NCBI GenBank assembly: GCA_002269645.1
Contig: NIVC01000567.1
Location: 310,001-374,000, forward strand
Length of the DNA stretch: 64,000 nucleotides
Direction: 5' to 3'
Origin: Macrostomum lignano
Lineage: Eukaryota
A program made the position numbers and the translations under genes. Below, piece after piece: positions 44,901 through 64,000 of this stretch. The stretch's first letter is position 1; every line of letters begins with the position of its first letter. The notes under the pieces are model-generated. The model did not search any database, had not been told where the DNA came from, and saw only the letters and a program-made list of their open reading frames with translations.

Positions 44901-47900
44901 AAAGTGTCCTAAACTGTGTCTAAAGTGTCCTAAACTGTGTCTAAAGCATCCTAAACTGTGTCTAAAGTGTCCAAAACTATGTCTAAAGTGTCCTAAACTG
45001 TGTCTAAAGTGTCCTAAATTGTGTCTAAAGTGTCCTAAACTGTGTCTAAAGTGTCCTAAACTGTGTCTAAAGTGTCATAAACTGTGTCTAAAGTGTCCTA
45101 AAATATGTCTAAAGTGTCCTAAACTGTGTCTAAAGTGTCCTAAACTATGTCTGAAGTGTCCTAAACTGTGTCTAAAGTGTCCTAAACTGTGTCTAAAGTG
45201 TCCAAAACTGTGTCTAAAGTGTCCTAAATTATGTCAAAACTATGTCTAAACTATGTCTAAAGTGTCCTAAACTGTGTCTAAAGTGTCCAAAACTATGTCT
45301 AAAGTGTCCTAAACTGTGTCTAAAGTGTCCTAAACTATGTCTGAAGTGTCCTAAACTGTGTCTAAAGTGTCCTAAACTGTGTCTAAAGTGTCCAAAACTA
45401 TGTCTAAAGTGTCCTAAACTGTGTCTAAAGTGTCCTAAACTGTGTCTAAAGTGTCCAAAACTGTGTCTAAAGTGTCCTAAACTATGTCTAAAGTGTCCTT
45501 AACTATGTCTAAAGTGTCCTAAACTGTGTCTAAAGTGTCCTAAACTGTGTCTAAAGTGTCCTAAACTGTTTCTAAAGTGTCTTAAATGCATGTAGTGTCT
45601 CGAATGTGTCTCAACCATACTAAGACCATAAAAAGGCTTACAATAATATAATATTTCCCACAAGACTCACTTCTCCAACGCAGTCTGAGGCAGCAGTTTA
45701 GCAGTATTAATCAGCCCGGCATCAGAGATGATCAGCGGGGCCAGAACAGTGTATTCACCATCTGACCTTTGCACTGTGACGCCAACCGCTCTACCAGTAG
45801 TTTCGTTGCACACCATAGACGACACTGGGGCTCGAACCAAGGCCCTACCGCCAGCTTTTTCAATGACTGGCACGGAGCAGAATGAAATTTCGCTAGGGCC
45901 GCCAATAGGGTAGAAGCCGCCCTGACGAAGGAAGTGATTCAATAGTAGCGCGTGCAGCACTACGGAGGTTTCACCTGGCGGTGTGCCGTAGTCGCCGAAA
46001 CAATAGGCCAATGTACTTTTCAGCGATTCGCTGGAGATGTGCTGGTCTAGGTATTGCTTCAGGCTGATGTGCAGGTAGCTGAGCAGGGGATAGGGGATTG
46101 TGGCCATAGCAGGTCATGTAAAAAGAAGACGAACTTTGTACACAGAAAACATATAGTCATAGAGAAGAGTCATAGGGATAGAAAGGCTCATACAGAGACT
46201 ATAGTCATAGAGTCATATCAGGTCATAGAGATAGAAAGGCTCATACAGAGACTAAAGTCACAAAGAGTCATATCAGGTCATAGGGATAGAATGGCTCATA
46301 CAGAGACTAAAGTCACAAAGAGTCATATCAGGTCATAGGGATAGAATGGCTCATACAGAGACTAAAGTCATACAGGTTATTGACAGGTCTGACAGGTTAT
46401 TGGGAGAGAAAGGCTCATAAAGAGGCTATAGTCTCAAAGAGTAATATCAGGTCATAGGGATAGAATGGCTCATACAGAGGCTATAGTAATGGCTCGAAGC
46501 GCAAGTTATGACTTATGACAACAGCAATGCGGTCATACATAAAGAAACGCTCATACACTAAAAAAGGTCATATAATAGAGCTCATGCAGTACGTATCTCA
46601 GTACAAGCCAGGTAAACTACTAAAAGTAGCCTAATACTCACCGAAAATAGGCTGAAAACAAGCCGCATAAGCCAGACTTGATCAGCAGCCTAGCCAAAGG
46701 CAATGGCAACAATTTCAATCCCCAATAGAGCTTTGAGCCGCGTTTCAATCGATCTAGCAGACTGAAAAACGCCTCGATACCAGCTGCATCGTCTGGCCAC
46801 TCCTGAGCCAGACGCTTGGCGAACTCTTTCCGATCGCCAGTCACCAGTACGCTGCGATTCTTGCCGCCGCCATCGACGCAGCCAACAATCACTCTGTCAA
46901 AGTCGACATCCAAAGGCTGCCACATCAGTTTACCATCGGTTAGCTGATCAGCTAGGCAGCGTACAAACGACCCCGGTCGCATCTCGCCAATATAATGTAT
47001 GCCAACATCGAATTCGTAGCCTTTATCAACGAAAGTGTGACAACAGCCGCCAATAACGTCGTGCTGTTCCAATACTAGCACTCGTTTGCGAGCCCTAGCC
47101 AATAGGGTGGCCGCGGTTAGACCGCCAATGCCGGAGCCAATCACAATGGCGTCTAGGCGCTCGGGTATGCGAGACCCCGTAAAGTTTTGGCGTAGGACAG
47201 AATCGCGAGCGGACTGCACAGTTTGGAGGGGGATGGGGGTTCAATTGCTAAAAATAGATTAGATGTACACCCAATGCTATATGAGATAAAGCATATTAAC
47301 GTTATCAGTCAGCCATAAAACGCCAGCGCAACACCTCGCCCAAGTCCTCTACCCCACTCTGCTATCAGTCAGCCATAAACCCCAGGCCCAGCGTAACACC
47401 CCGCCCAAGTCCTCTGCCCCACTCTGCTATCAGTCAGCCATAAACCCCAGGCCCAGCGTAACACCCCGCCCAAGTCCTCTACCCCACTCTGCTATCAGTC
47501 AGCCATAAACCCCAGGCCCAGCGTAACACCCCGCCCAAGTCCTCTGCCCCACTCTGCTATCAGTCAGCCATAAACCCCAGGCCCAGCGTAACACCCCGCC
47601 CAAGTCCTCTGCCCCACTCTGCTATCAGTCAGCCATAAACCCCAGGCCCAGCGTAACACCCCGCCCAAGTCCTCTACCCCACTCTGCTATCAGTCAGCCA
47701 TAAACCCCAGGCCCAGCGTAACACCCCGCCCAAGTCCTCTGCCCCACTCTGCTATCAGTCAGCTACAAATAAGTTGAGACTTAATACAATTAAGTTTAAC
47801 GCATCTTCACAGTAATAGACGAACCTGATTGTTGATAACATCATCCGCGGTTCTCTCTGGTTTTTTAACCAGTAAACTAGGCAGTACAAACGGATTCCTA

Positions 47901-48010
47901 CCAGGCTTCTTGCCATAAATAGTAATGCTAATTACGTATAGAACAATATAAAGAGACAGGCCAATAACTCCAACAAGCCACATTGAAATCGAGATTCCAA
48001 ATAACGCCAT
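41967..48010 (-). CDS. RETSAT: All-trans-retinol 13,14-reductase-like flavoenzyme, 5 exons (one unresolved phase conflict)
   Basis: Exons 48010-47825, 47213-46642, 46078-45671, 44161-43664, 42269-41967. N-terminal TM segment; LDAIVIGSGIGGL, RVLVLEQHDVIGGCCHTF, GYEFDVGIHYIG, GGFYPIGG, ISDAGLINT, GTPLTNQHYINSPRGEIYGLDH, GLLLTGQD. The sum is 1967 nt, one short of frame, at the exon3/exon4 junction. Confidence 0.88.
42330..43545. repeat. Complex TTAATCTGGGAGGCTGGTAG minisatellite
   Basis: RETSAT intron 4. Confidence 0.92.
44262..44445. repeat. Inverted copy of the 42330-43545 repeat family
   Basis: CCCTCCCAGATTAAGCTACC is the reverse complement of GGTAGCTTAATCTGGGAGGG. CCAGATGAAGCT matches AGCTTCATCTGG near 43460. 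Confidence 0.82.
44465..45585. repeat. 21-bp minisatellite GTGTCTAAAGTGTCCTAAACT
   Basis: RETSAT intron 3. Confidence 0.95.
46150..46490. repeat. Degenerate ~55-bp repeat
   Basis: GGTCATAGGGATAGAATGGCTCATACAGAGACT core; RETSAT intron 2. Confidence 0.75.
47300..47765. repeat. 65-bp minisatellite, ~7 copies
   Basis: CTGCTATCAGTCAGCCATAAACCCCAGGCCCAGCGTAACACCCCGCCCAAGTCCTCTGCCCCACT; RETSAT intron 1. Confidence 0.93.
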
Positions 48011-48849
48011 TTTGTTTTAATCATGCAATGAAATAAACAAAATATGTTCATAGTGTTGTTATTTCACTAAGCTTTCTAGATGATAGTAAATATTGGTGCT
48101 GACTAGTTATAAATATAGACTAAAGCTACTACTAAATATAAAATCACAAGTAGTCTAATAGAAAAAACTGGAAAAACAAAGTCTTAAGGACACTTGTGTT
48201 GCAAAAACATCGAATTAAGGACGGATTAAGCTTTCTAGATTATTTAGCTCGTATTTATTAATCTGACAAAAAAGGAATCAATAATAAAAATCATTTTAAA
48301 ATAACACATTTCAATTCAATTAGGAATAATCAATATAGTTGCAATAATAGCTGAATTGCAAATGTTGAAATAACACAGACAGATACAAAAATCACACATC
48401 TTGAAATCAAAATAACTTTGAAAAGTAAGGCATAAACAATAACAACACAAGGATTATTTAAGCAGGTGCAGTTACAAGATACTCGTAATTGCTTGCGAAA
48501 TAAGAATACTTATTAGCACAGCTATCAGAAATTTGTTGGAAAAACATCTAGTTCGTATTATGGAAATTTTTCTCTCATCTTTTCCTCTATCTAATAGGAA
48601 GAAAATATAAATAGACCAAAAAAGCAAAGACTCTGAGAAAATATAAATTACATGGCTGTCTAGATTAACACAAATATGTAAAAACTATAAACTAACTATT
48701 CGAAAAACAGGCAAGGTCGGGTAAACAGGGAAGCTACAGGTTTTATAAAAATTGTTCTCCAAAAACTGCCTTATTATAGCAACGACAGAGGAAGACAAGG
48801 AAAAACATTTCTAACCCTTCACCATTTCTAGTAGGCGTGTAAATGCCCA

Positions 48850-49795
48850 GCTTCCTCAGATCCTTCAGTGACGGCGCCACAAGCCCCTCAGATTCTTCAG
48901 AGACGGCGCCACAAGCCCCTCAGATCCTTCAGAGACGGCGCCACAAGCCTCTCAGATCCTTCAGAGACGGCGCCACGTCCCCCCTCAGATCCTTCAGTGA
49001 CGGCGCCACAAGCCCCTCAGATCCTTCAGAGACGACGCCACAACCTCCTCAGATCCTTTAGAGACGGCGCCACAACCCCATCAAATCCTTCAGAGACGGC
49101 GCCACAACCCCCTCAGATCCTTCAGAGACGGCGCCACAAGCCCCTCAGATCCTTCAGAGACGGCGCCACAAGCCTCTCAGATCCTTCAGAGACGACGCCA
49201 CGTCCCCCCTCAGATCCTTCAGTGATGGCACCACAACTACCCTCAGATCCATTAGAGACGGCGCCACAACCCCATCAAATTCTTCAGAGACGGCGCCACA
49301 TCCCCCCCTCAGATCCTTCAGAGACGGCGCCACAAGCCTCTCAGATCCTTCAGAGACGACGCCACAACCTCCTCAGATCCTTTAGAGACGGCGCCACAAC
49401 CCCATCAAATCCTTCAGAGACGGCGCCACAACCCCCTCAGATCCTTCAGAGACGGCGCCACAACTACCCTCAGATCCTTCAGAGACGGCGCCACAACCCC
49501 CTCAGATCCTTCAGAGACGGCGCCACAACTACCCTCAGATCCTTCAGAGACGGCGCCACACCCCCTCAGATCCTTCAGAGACGGCGCCACACCCACCCTC
49601 AGATCCTTCAGAGACGGCGCCACACCCCCCCTCAGATCCTTCAGAGACGGCGCCACACCCCCCCTCAGGTCCTTCAGAGACGGCGCCACACCCCCCTCAG
49701 ATCCTTCAGAGACGGCGCCACACCCCCCCTCAGATCCTTCAGAGACGGCGCCACACCCACCCTCAGATCCTTCAGAGACTGCGCCACAACCCCTA
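48850..49795. repeat. ~31-bp minisatellite CCTCAGATCCTTCAGAGACGGCGCCACA
   Basis: Spacer between the SMKR1-like gene and RETSAT. Confidence 0.93.
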
Positions 49796-50103
49796 AGTCA
49801 GAATTCTTTATAAAAGCATCAAAGCTGTTTTACAAAAAGTACAAAACAGCGCAGATTTTAGAAGTTAAACACACTACTACGCTACTGAAAGCTACATACG
49901 AAAAAGTACATGTTGTACAAAAAATAAATTTACATCACAGCAGATAAAAAGGTTCTAAAAATTGAGCACTCGTTAAAATACTACAGTGTACAGGCAGTGG
50001 AAAATCTAGCGTGCCTACTAACAGTAGTGTAAAAAAAAGTCACGAGTTGAATTCGAATTTAAAAATTCTGTCACTAAAATCTCACATTTTAAGTGCAAAT
50101 TTT

Positions 50104-50388
50104 TCACTTCTTCTTTTTCTTTCCTTTTTTGCCTTTCTTGCCTTTCTTGCCTTTCTTCTTTGAAGTGCTCGGTCTGCTAGCAAAGCCGCGCAATTCCAAA
50201 GCATCAACGACTCCGTGAGCAATCATGTAGATGTTCTCCATTGCTGCTGGGGACATAATGTCCACTACAGGCTTCTCAGCTTTAGCGGCCGCAGCCGATT
50301 TGCCACGCTTTTTGCCAGACTTTTTGCCAGATTTTTTGCCAGACTTTTTGCCGCCAAGGCGGCCGCCAGCGGATTTGGCTTTGCGCGG
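50104..50388 (-). CDS. SMKR1: Small lysine-rich protein 1-like coding exon (initiator Met not in this exon)
   Basis: After acceptor CCCCACAG reads [93 protein letters not shown]. The core matches my recollection of SMKR1 ([31 protein letters not shown]). Confidence 0.8.
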   Translation of the reverse strand, partial: PRKAKSAGGRLGGKKSGKKSGKKSGKKRGKSAAAAKAEKPVVDIMSPAAMENIYMIAHGVVDALELRGFASRPSTSKKKGKKGKKGKKGKKKKK

Positions 50389-50444
50389 CTGTGGGGTGGG
50401 CGTTGAAAATGGGATAAGGAAATCGATATGCTGGTTTAAAGGTG

Positions 50445-51595
50445 ATCACTAATCCACAGATGCTTAATCTCCACTAATCCACTGAAGCCTAATCTCCACT
50501 AATCCACTGATGTTTAATCTCCACTAATCCACTGAAGCCTAATCTCCACTAATCCACTGATGTTTAATCTCCACTAATCCACAGATGCTTAATCTGCACC
50601 AATCCACAGATGCTCAATCTCCACTAATCCACTGATGTTTAATCTCCACTAATCCACAGATGCTTAATCTGCACCAATCCACAGATGCTCAATCCCCCTT
50701 AATCCACTGATGTTTAATCTCCACTAATCCACAGATGCTTAATCTGCACCAATCCACAGATGCTCAATCTCCACTAATCCACAGATGCTTAATCTGCACC
50801 AATCCACAGATGCTCAATCTCCACTAATTAACTGAAGCCTAATCTCCACTAATCCACTGATGTTTAATCTCCACTAATCCACTGATGCTCAATCTCCACT
50901 AATCCACTGAAGCCTAATCTCCACTAATCCACTGATGCTTAATCTCCACTAATCCACTGAAGCCTAATCTCCACTAATCCACTGATGCTTAATCTCCACT
51001 AATCCACTGAAGCCTAATCTCCACTAATCAGCTGATGCTTAATCTCCACTAATCCACAGATGCTTAATCTCCACTAATCCACAGATGCTTAATTTCCACT
51101 AATCCACTGATGCTTAATCTCTACTAATCCACTGAAGCCTAATCTCCACTAATCCACTGATACTTAATCTGCACCAATTCACAGATGCTTAATCTGCACT
51201 AATCCACAGATGCTTAATCTCCACTAATCAACTGATGCTTAATCTGCACCAATTCACAGATGCTTAATCTGCACTAATCCACAGATGCTTAATCTCCACT
51301 AATCAGCTGATGCTTAATCAGCACCAATTCACTGATGCTTAATCTGCACTAATCCACTGGTGCTTAATCTCCACTAATCAGCTGATGCTTAATCTGCACT
51401 AATTCATGGAATGCTTAATCTGCACTAATTCATGGGTGCTTAATCTCAACTAATCCACTGAATCCTAATCTCCACTAATCCACTGATGCTTAATCTGCAT
51501 TTATCCACAGATGCTTAATCTCCACTAATCAACTCATGCTTAATCTACACTTATCCACAGATGCTTAATCTGCACTAATCCACTGATGCTTAATC
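50445..51595. repeat. 25-bp minisatellite AATCTCCACTAATCCACTGATGCTT
   Basis: Direct reading. Confidence 0.95.
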
Positions 51596-53630
51596 TAGAG
51601 TATATAAATCCATCAATGCTGAATTTACAATACTCTAGATTTTCAAGATCCTAGCAATATACAAGAACTTTGGTATTTTATATCAGGTTTAATGTATTCT
51701 AATACAAACTTTAGAAAAAAAGTGGCATAAAAATTTGGCAAAATTTTAATTTTTCCATGCTTTATTCACTGGTACAACCTTAATTGCTACCATATTCTTA
51801 GCCTACAATTTAATTGAACAATATCTCTAACAATATTGCTCACTTTTACAAATATAAAAAAAGAGAAATAATAGATCCAAAGCTATTAATCTTTTTTGAC
51901 ATTAAAAACAATATTTTGATCCTAATATTGAATAAAATCTTTTTTTTCAAAAAATTATAGATGAAAAATGGGTTATAAACTAAGTAATAGAAATTGGAAC
52001 CCTAAATAATAATATAGGCCTATTCTACGTCATTATATATATAAAGTATCTACAAATAATAGGAATTGAGTAAAAATAGTAGAAACAGATAGTTTTATAA
52101 TAAATTCAATACTATAAAAGCCACAACTGGGGTAAAATCAGGGTTCAACAATAAAAATTATTATAATATATACTACAATGTATTTTAGAACTAGAAAAAA
52201 AGGTTAAAAACAGGGTATAACAACTTAGATTAAGTCATTTTAATAAATTTTCTTGAATTAAAAATTAAATACAAAAAGTATTTTGATGTCTTGCAAATGT
52301 AATAGGCCTTAATTTTTACTATAAAGTTTCTTAGAAAATTGTATTTTTAAATACTATTGTTGTTATATTATGCAAATATAAAAATATTTCCTATATTTAA
52401 CATATTCTGTACATTATGCATACCATTGTTTATTTTAAATAGTAGGAAAAATTATACTATAAAAGGCCAATTAAAGTTCAAGAATAATAAACTCATTTCT
52501 TTTCCTTGTTTTATTCAGCTTTTCAAAGCTTTTCACTTTGTGTCCTTTAGTCACTCTATTTAAAAACAAAAGTCAATCAGCCTCAGGGCTTGTATTTGCT
52601 CTTGTACTACTTATTTTGAGTAGTAGATAGTGCCTTAGAAGTAGCTCCAAGACTAGGAGAATTTAATCCATTTTAAGAGAATGAGAACTCTAGATTTAGA
52701 ATCTAGAAAATTGCCTTGAAAGGCTGACTACCTACCAGAGGGTAGAATGGTCCAGATAAGTCTAGTTTAAAAAACCCAACTCAATGCAGAATACCCACAA
52801 GCCATGATCTTCTGATACTGGGAATGCCTAGGACTAAGAAAAAACCCTTTAGAAGAGTAGACTAAAGAATATATAGAGGTAGGGGACATATTGCCATCAG
52901 ACCACTCAGGCTAAAAGTATTTATTCTATCAGTAAAAGTACATTCATGCGCTACCAATAATATATATATGAAAAAATCAATAAAGGTACATAAAAGACTA
53001 ATAAAAGGAGAAAGCTAAGAAACCCTTATAAGAACATTGGTTGCAGTAATAAGATATTTATAGTGAGAACCATAACACTTGTAACAACTTAGTAACAGCT
53101 GTGGAATTATTTTAGAAGGCAAAAGTAACCCCGATATCACAAATTCATTAAAATAATTTTAAAAGTATTATACTTTTATTATACATTTATATAGATGACT
53201 ATATATTAGTATCAAAAATAAGAAGAAAAAGATTCAGGCACAGATCCAGACAATTTTGAAGAGGGCACAAGTTACTAAATAGCTCTGCTTTGATTATTTA
53301 ATCTTATAAATATAAGATACCTTTACTTCAAAAAAACTGACCTATGATTAGAAAAAATAGGGATATACTTTGCTTGTGCCATGTATTATAAATGTTTGAA
53401 AAATGCAAAAATCAGTAATTTTCCATTTGAAAAATGCTAGTGTAAAACTTGTATTTGAATCTATTTCATAGAAAATACCATGTTAATATAAATTAATTTA
53501 AAAAGCTATCAACAAAAAGTGCTAATAAAAAGAAATTACTTGCAGATTTTCTATCAAAGAAAATATTATCTCATTGGAAGTTCTTGTCTTCTACCATACT
53601 GCGCCAGAATTTTTATCTTGCCTGCTATTG

Positions 53631-54228
53631 CACTAGTGACATAGTTTGGAACACCCTGAATGTACGCCGGACTTAAAATCTCTCACAATTTTGTGGTATG
53701 CCGTGTATGCCAAATTTTGAGTGCACGCCCACTCTCAAATCTACACTGGTTTTGCAACAATAAATGACCTTTTTTATGTTGCAACAATAAAACACTTTTT
53801 TAAATTGTGTAAAGTAACCATTTTGAGCTACTAATTTGGTTAGTACTTTTGCTTTTTTGCTAATATTATTTATTGCGGAAATTTAATACACGCAAATATT
53901 TGTTTAAATTTTTGTATTACGAGCTCTAAAAACCTGGAAAGCATGAAATTTATGCTTAAAAATAAACTTGTTTCATCTTTTTTCACTTTTCACGATCTCT
54001 TCCACATGATTCTATTAACTGCATGCACACTAATTTTTTATGCTATTTGATTTGATTCTGCAACTACAAAGAACATGTACGCAACTTGAATATGCATTTT
54101 TATACGCCAGGTAATTATGCCAGATTTTAAAAAGTAAAAAATTTGTACGCCAAGTGTAGGCCAAAAGTTGTGAGTGTACGCCAGATTAATCCGGCGTACT
54201 ACCCCTCTTCTGGACTATGGCGCTAGTG
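53631..54228. mobile_element. Degenerate non-autonomous DNA transposon with CACTAG termini
   Basis: Imperfect ~40-bp TIR (CACTAG..CATAGT..GTACGCCGG at both ends) and repeated subterminal GTACGCC motifs. No TSD found. Confidence 0.5.
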
Positions 54229-55920
54229 CAGCACATGTCTGTGAATTTTCTATGAAAAGGCCATCTTCCTAATTATGGTTTTACTCCTGACATAATTTAA
54301 GGTGTCACAGCAAACATTTTAATGTAATAATGTTTTAGATAGGTCTAAGAAAACTAGAAAGTGGCTTTTAATAGCTATGAGCTATGACCTATATAAGGAT
54401 AATGGGAAATATAGCCTCTAGGACTAGGCCTAATGTCTAATGCCATTGGGATTGGGGATCTAATTTTTTCTGTTAGGAGGCCAACTTATATCATATATGC
54501 TATAATACCTAGATATTGCTTATAATATTTAAATATATTATGAGACTGGGGGCCTACACTGAGACTTTCACAGTTCTAAAAGCAGTGTCATTAGTCATTG
54601 TCATAAGTCTAAAAAGAAATCATCAAAACAAGGAAAAAACAGGTCTATATGGTAAAAATTCCTCAGCTGAAGGGCTATGCCCATTTGGCATTGCCATCCC
54701 TCTCTTCTGGACGGGCACTAGCACTACAATACATTGATAAGGCTAAGATAAAAATATAGCATATATAGGCCCTAGCCTACGGCTACAGGTCTCTGCATTT
54801 TCGATTAGCTGACACACTTAATAGCTCTAATAAAATATAAATAAAAAAACCAGCGACCAGCTCATTGCTAACAATTTCAAGCTGACATCGAATTGGCTAC
54901 TACCACTTGGCAATGGCAATAGATATCATGGACCATCACTCGCGCCTAATTTTTTTTAACTATTGCAAGTTAAAAAATGAATATTTCCTAGAACAGTGAC
55001 TTCTTAATAATAAAAACAAAATATATTGGTATATATTCTACACAATACAAGTAATAATAAAAAACGACTATGTTCTATCAACGTCATAAAATTAAACTTT
55101 GCTCGCATTAAAATCTTATTAAAGACTTTGTTGTGTTGTACTTTAGCGCGATAATCTAAAATTCAAGAATTCAATTCAGAATGACTAGCTTGAAAATCTA
55201 GTGTCGATTTACTATCGTAAATATATAAATTTAATTTTTAAAACTTATTTGCTTTTAGTTTTCGTTTTAGTGTTTTTTGTAGATTAGTAGAGTTAAAGGC
55301 GCTTTTTATTAAAAATTAATTTCGCTTGGAGGCTGGTTGAAGCAAATATATATATAGAACAGTGACATATATATTTTTTTTAACATGTACATGCATAGTT
55401 TTACAAGTAGTATACGTAAATGTATGTCGTGCGCACAAGGATCACTATTCAGTACATTTTTTTAGTTTTTCAGTGGTCCTTGGGTCGGACCAAATTGTGT
55501 CTTTAGGTAATAAAATTTTTCGCTACAGTATCAAGCTTCCAGCCATGAGAGATAATAATTGTTAAATTTATTGGATGAGGATTTCGATACTTAAAAAGTT
55601 TCACAAAAATACACATGAGCTCTAACCTTTCGACATTTTTATTTATTTATTGCTTTCGAATTCATCGATCGAAACAAATTTGTCATTTCTATTCAATTCA
55701 TCTACTGAAGTTAATTATGGCGATTTATAAACGCAATTCCCATGAGCTTTTTTGTCGATGGCTTTTCCTACAATAATCTCGACGTTGTACTAGCTCGTAA
55801 GCGCACTGCGGAGAAAAATCATGCTTCTGCCTTGTTCTACTATAGCTGGGAATCCCACAATTAGATTAAACAATCACGAAAGGAAGTCAAGTAGATTGGG
55901 ACAATAATAGATGCCTCCCC

Positions 55921-55934
55921 GTTACCATGGGAAC
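55921..55934. promoter_or_regulatory. RFX X-box motif
   Basis: GTTACCATGGGAAC fits GTHNYY-AT-RRNAAC. It lies in the divergent SMKR1-like / lectin-gene spacer. Confidence 0.45.
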
Positions 55935-56434
55935 GAATTGATGACAAAAACTAAAATTATCAGCAACCAAGCGTGCGCACAAGAGACGAACAATGGGAAG
56001 AATGGGCAGCAGAAGTCCGTTACTAATTTAATTTGCATCGCAGGAAATTCATTAATTAGAATTTCGGAACCATTCAGTTTTGCTATAGGGCCCGTCGGCC
56101 ACTCACAAAAATTAATATTTTATACTCTTCGAAAACAATAAATGTAGATCAAAGAATGCGGCTTCTATGAAAAAATAGGAGACATAATCGGCCATTTATC
56201 AAGTGCCAGCTTCGTATGCTTTGCCATGATCAAACTGAGTGAGGGAATGAATGATGCAATGTATACTTCTTCCATCTAATCCTTCGAAAGTAACTGCTTT
56301 CAGTTCATAGCTTTCTAACGTTTGACACACCTTATGGTGCATAAATATAGCTGTAAACTTCCCTAATACCCTTTCGTTAAATGTTTCTGTATTAGAAGGA
56401 TTGTATGAAAGGTTTGAAATTCAAGTCTAAGCAT

Positions 56435-56715
56435 GTCTTTGTGTCTGCCTAAACATCTGTCTTTGTGACTGTCTAAACATCTGTCTTTGTGTCTGTCTAA
56501 ACATCTGTCTTTGTGTCTGCCTAAACATCTGTCTTTGTGTCTGTCTAGACATCTGTCTTTGTGTCTGCCTAAACATCTGTCTTTGTGTCTGTCTAAACAT
56601 CTGTCTTTGTGTCTGCCTAAACATCTGTCTGTGTCTGTCTAGACATCCGTCTTTGTGTCTGTCTAGACATCCGTCTTTGTGTTTGTCCAAACATCTGTCT
56701 TTGTGTCTGTCCAAA
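56435..56715. repeat. 24-bp minisatellite AAACATCTGTCTTTGTGTCTGTCT
   Basis: Direct reading. Confidence 0.92.
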
Positions 56716-57252
56716 TGTCTTTTTATCTCTCTAACGCCCATCCGTGTTAAATGTCACTTGCATTGTTGCATCTCGGCATCAATTCATTTACGGTACTTTA
56801 AATACCGACTTGCCATTATAAATAAGTGACGCGACCATGTGACTACTGCTATTGTCTGTTCAGACTACTGGCATACTCCACACTACTCATTCAGTAAATA
56901 GGTGCAGGACTACTGCAAACAGATGAACGTCCAGGACAGGCTTCGTTAATTCTCGATAATTGACTGACAGTGCAAATTTTCACCTGGGTAGGGGGTGACG
57001 GAGTTGGTCAGAGTTTTGATTCTAGAGGACTTCAGTGGGCTAAGCCAATAAGAGGCCGCCTGACATTGCGGTAAGTTTCCACCTAAGTATATATAACTGC
57101 CATTGGGATTTGTTTTCACACCCCATGCCCGACATTTTTGTTTTAGTTTTGTCATTTTAAACTAATCAAAAAGCATTTTAATTAATTGTTTAGGCAAATC
57201 TGACTTCAAACAAGAGGAAAAATAGTCCACTGAAAAAATTCCAAGAGTACAA

Positions 57253-64000
<6,748 letters not shown>

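Noticed and set aside
41450-47765. Regularly spaced 52-bp and 65-bp repeats that look superficially CRISPR-like
   Set aside because: They are head-to-tail units with no unique spacers and no cas genes, in a eukaryotic context.
48011-48040. TTTATTTCATTGCATG upstream of RETSAT resembling the 3' end of a flatworm spliced leader as I recall it
   Set aside because: Only ~8 nt match to a sequence recalled from memory, in AT-rich DNA, with no donor or Sm site following.
50104-50388. Histone H1 call for the Lys-rich exon
   Set aside because: No winged-helix globular domain; the central motif matches SMKR1.

Overview
Eukaryotic (metazoan invertebrate) genomic DNA with GT-AG spliceosomal introns. The taxon is not provable from the window; a lophotrochozoan, possibly a Macrostomum-like flatworm, is only an inference from gene style and repeat load. 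I hand-assembled nine protein-coding genes. Minus strand: a secreted fibrinogen-domain protein, Rab4, a POLE4-like histone-fold protein, calcineurin B, RETSAT-like and SMKR1-like. Plus strand: an intronless coiled-coil + NHL-like protein, a gustatory-receptor-like 7TM protein, and a divergent C-type-lectin + mucin-repeat protein that runs off the window. Most longer introns and spacers contain their own mini/microsatellite (about 30 distinct arrays), which explains most ORF-track entries as artefacts. DNA-transposon relics include a foldback-type element with an 8-bp TSD, hAT-like MITEs, and a Tc1 remnant with a related MITE. I saw no rRNA, tRNA or CRISPR. Best leads: (1) a GR-like receptor whose long cytoplasmic N-terminus carries Src-type SH3 and SH2 docking motifs; (2) a co-oriented five-gene cluster where splice acceptors sit in frame at or just before the start codons, as expected for spliced-leader trans-splicing with an AUG-ending leader; (3) repeats that appear to supply splicing signals, fold around an exon, capture exon fragments, or be read in two frames. 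All coordinates were counted by hand; repeat boundaries are approximate.
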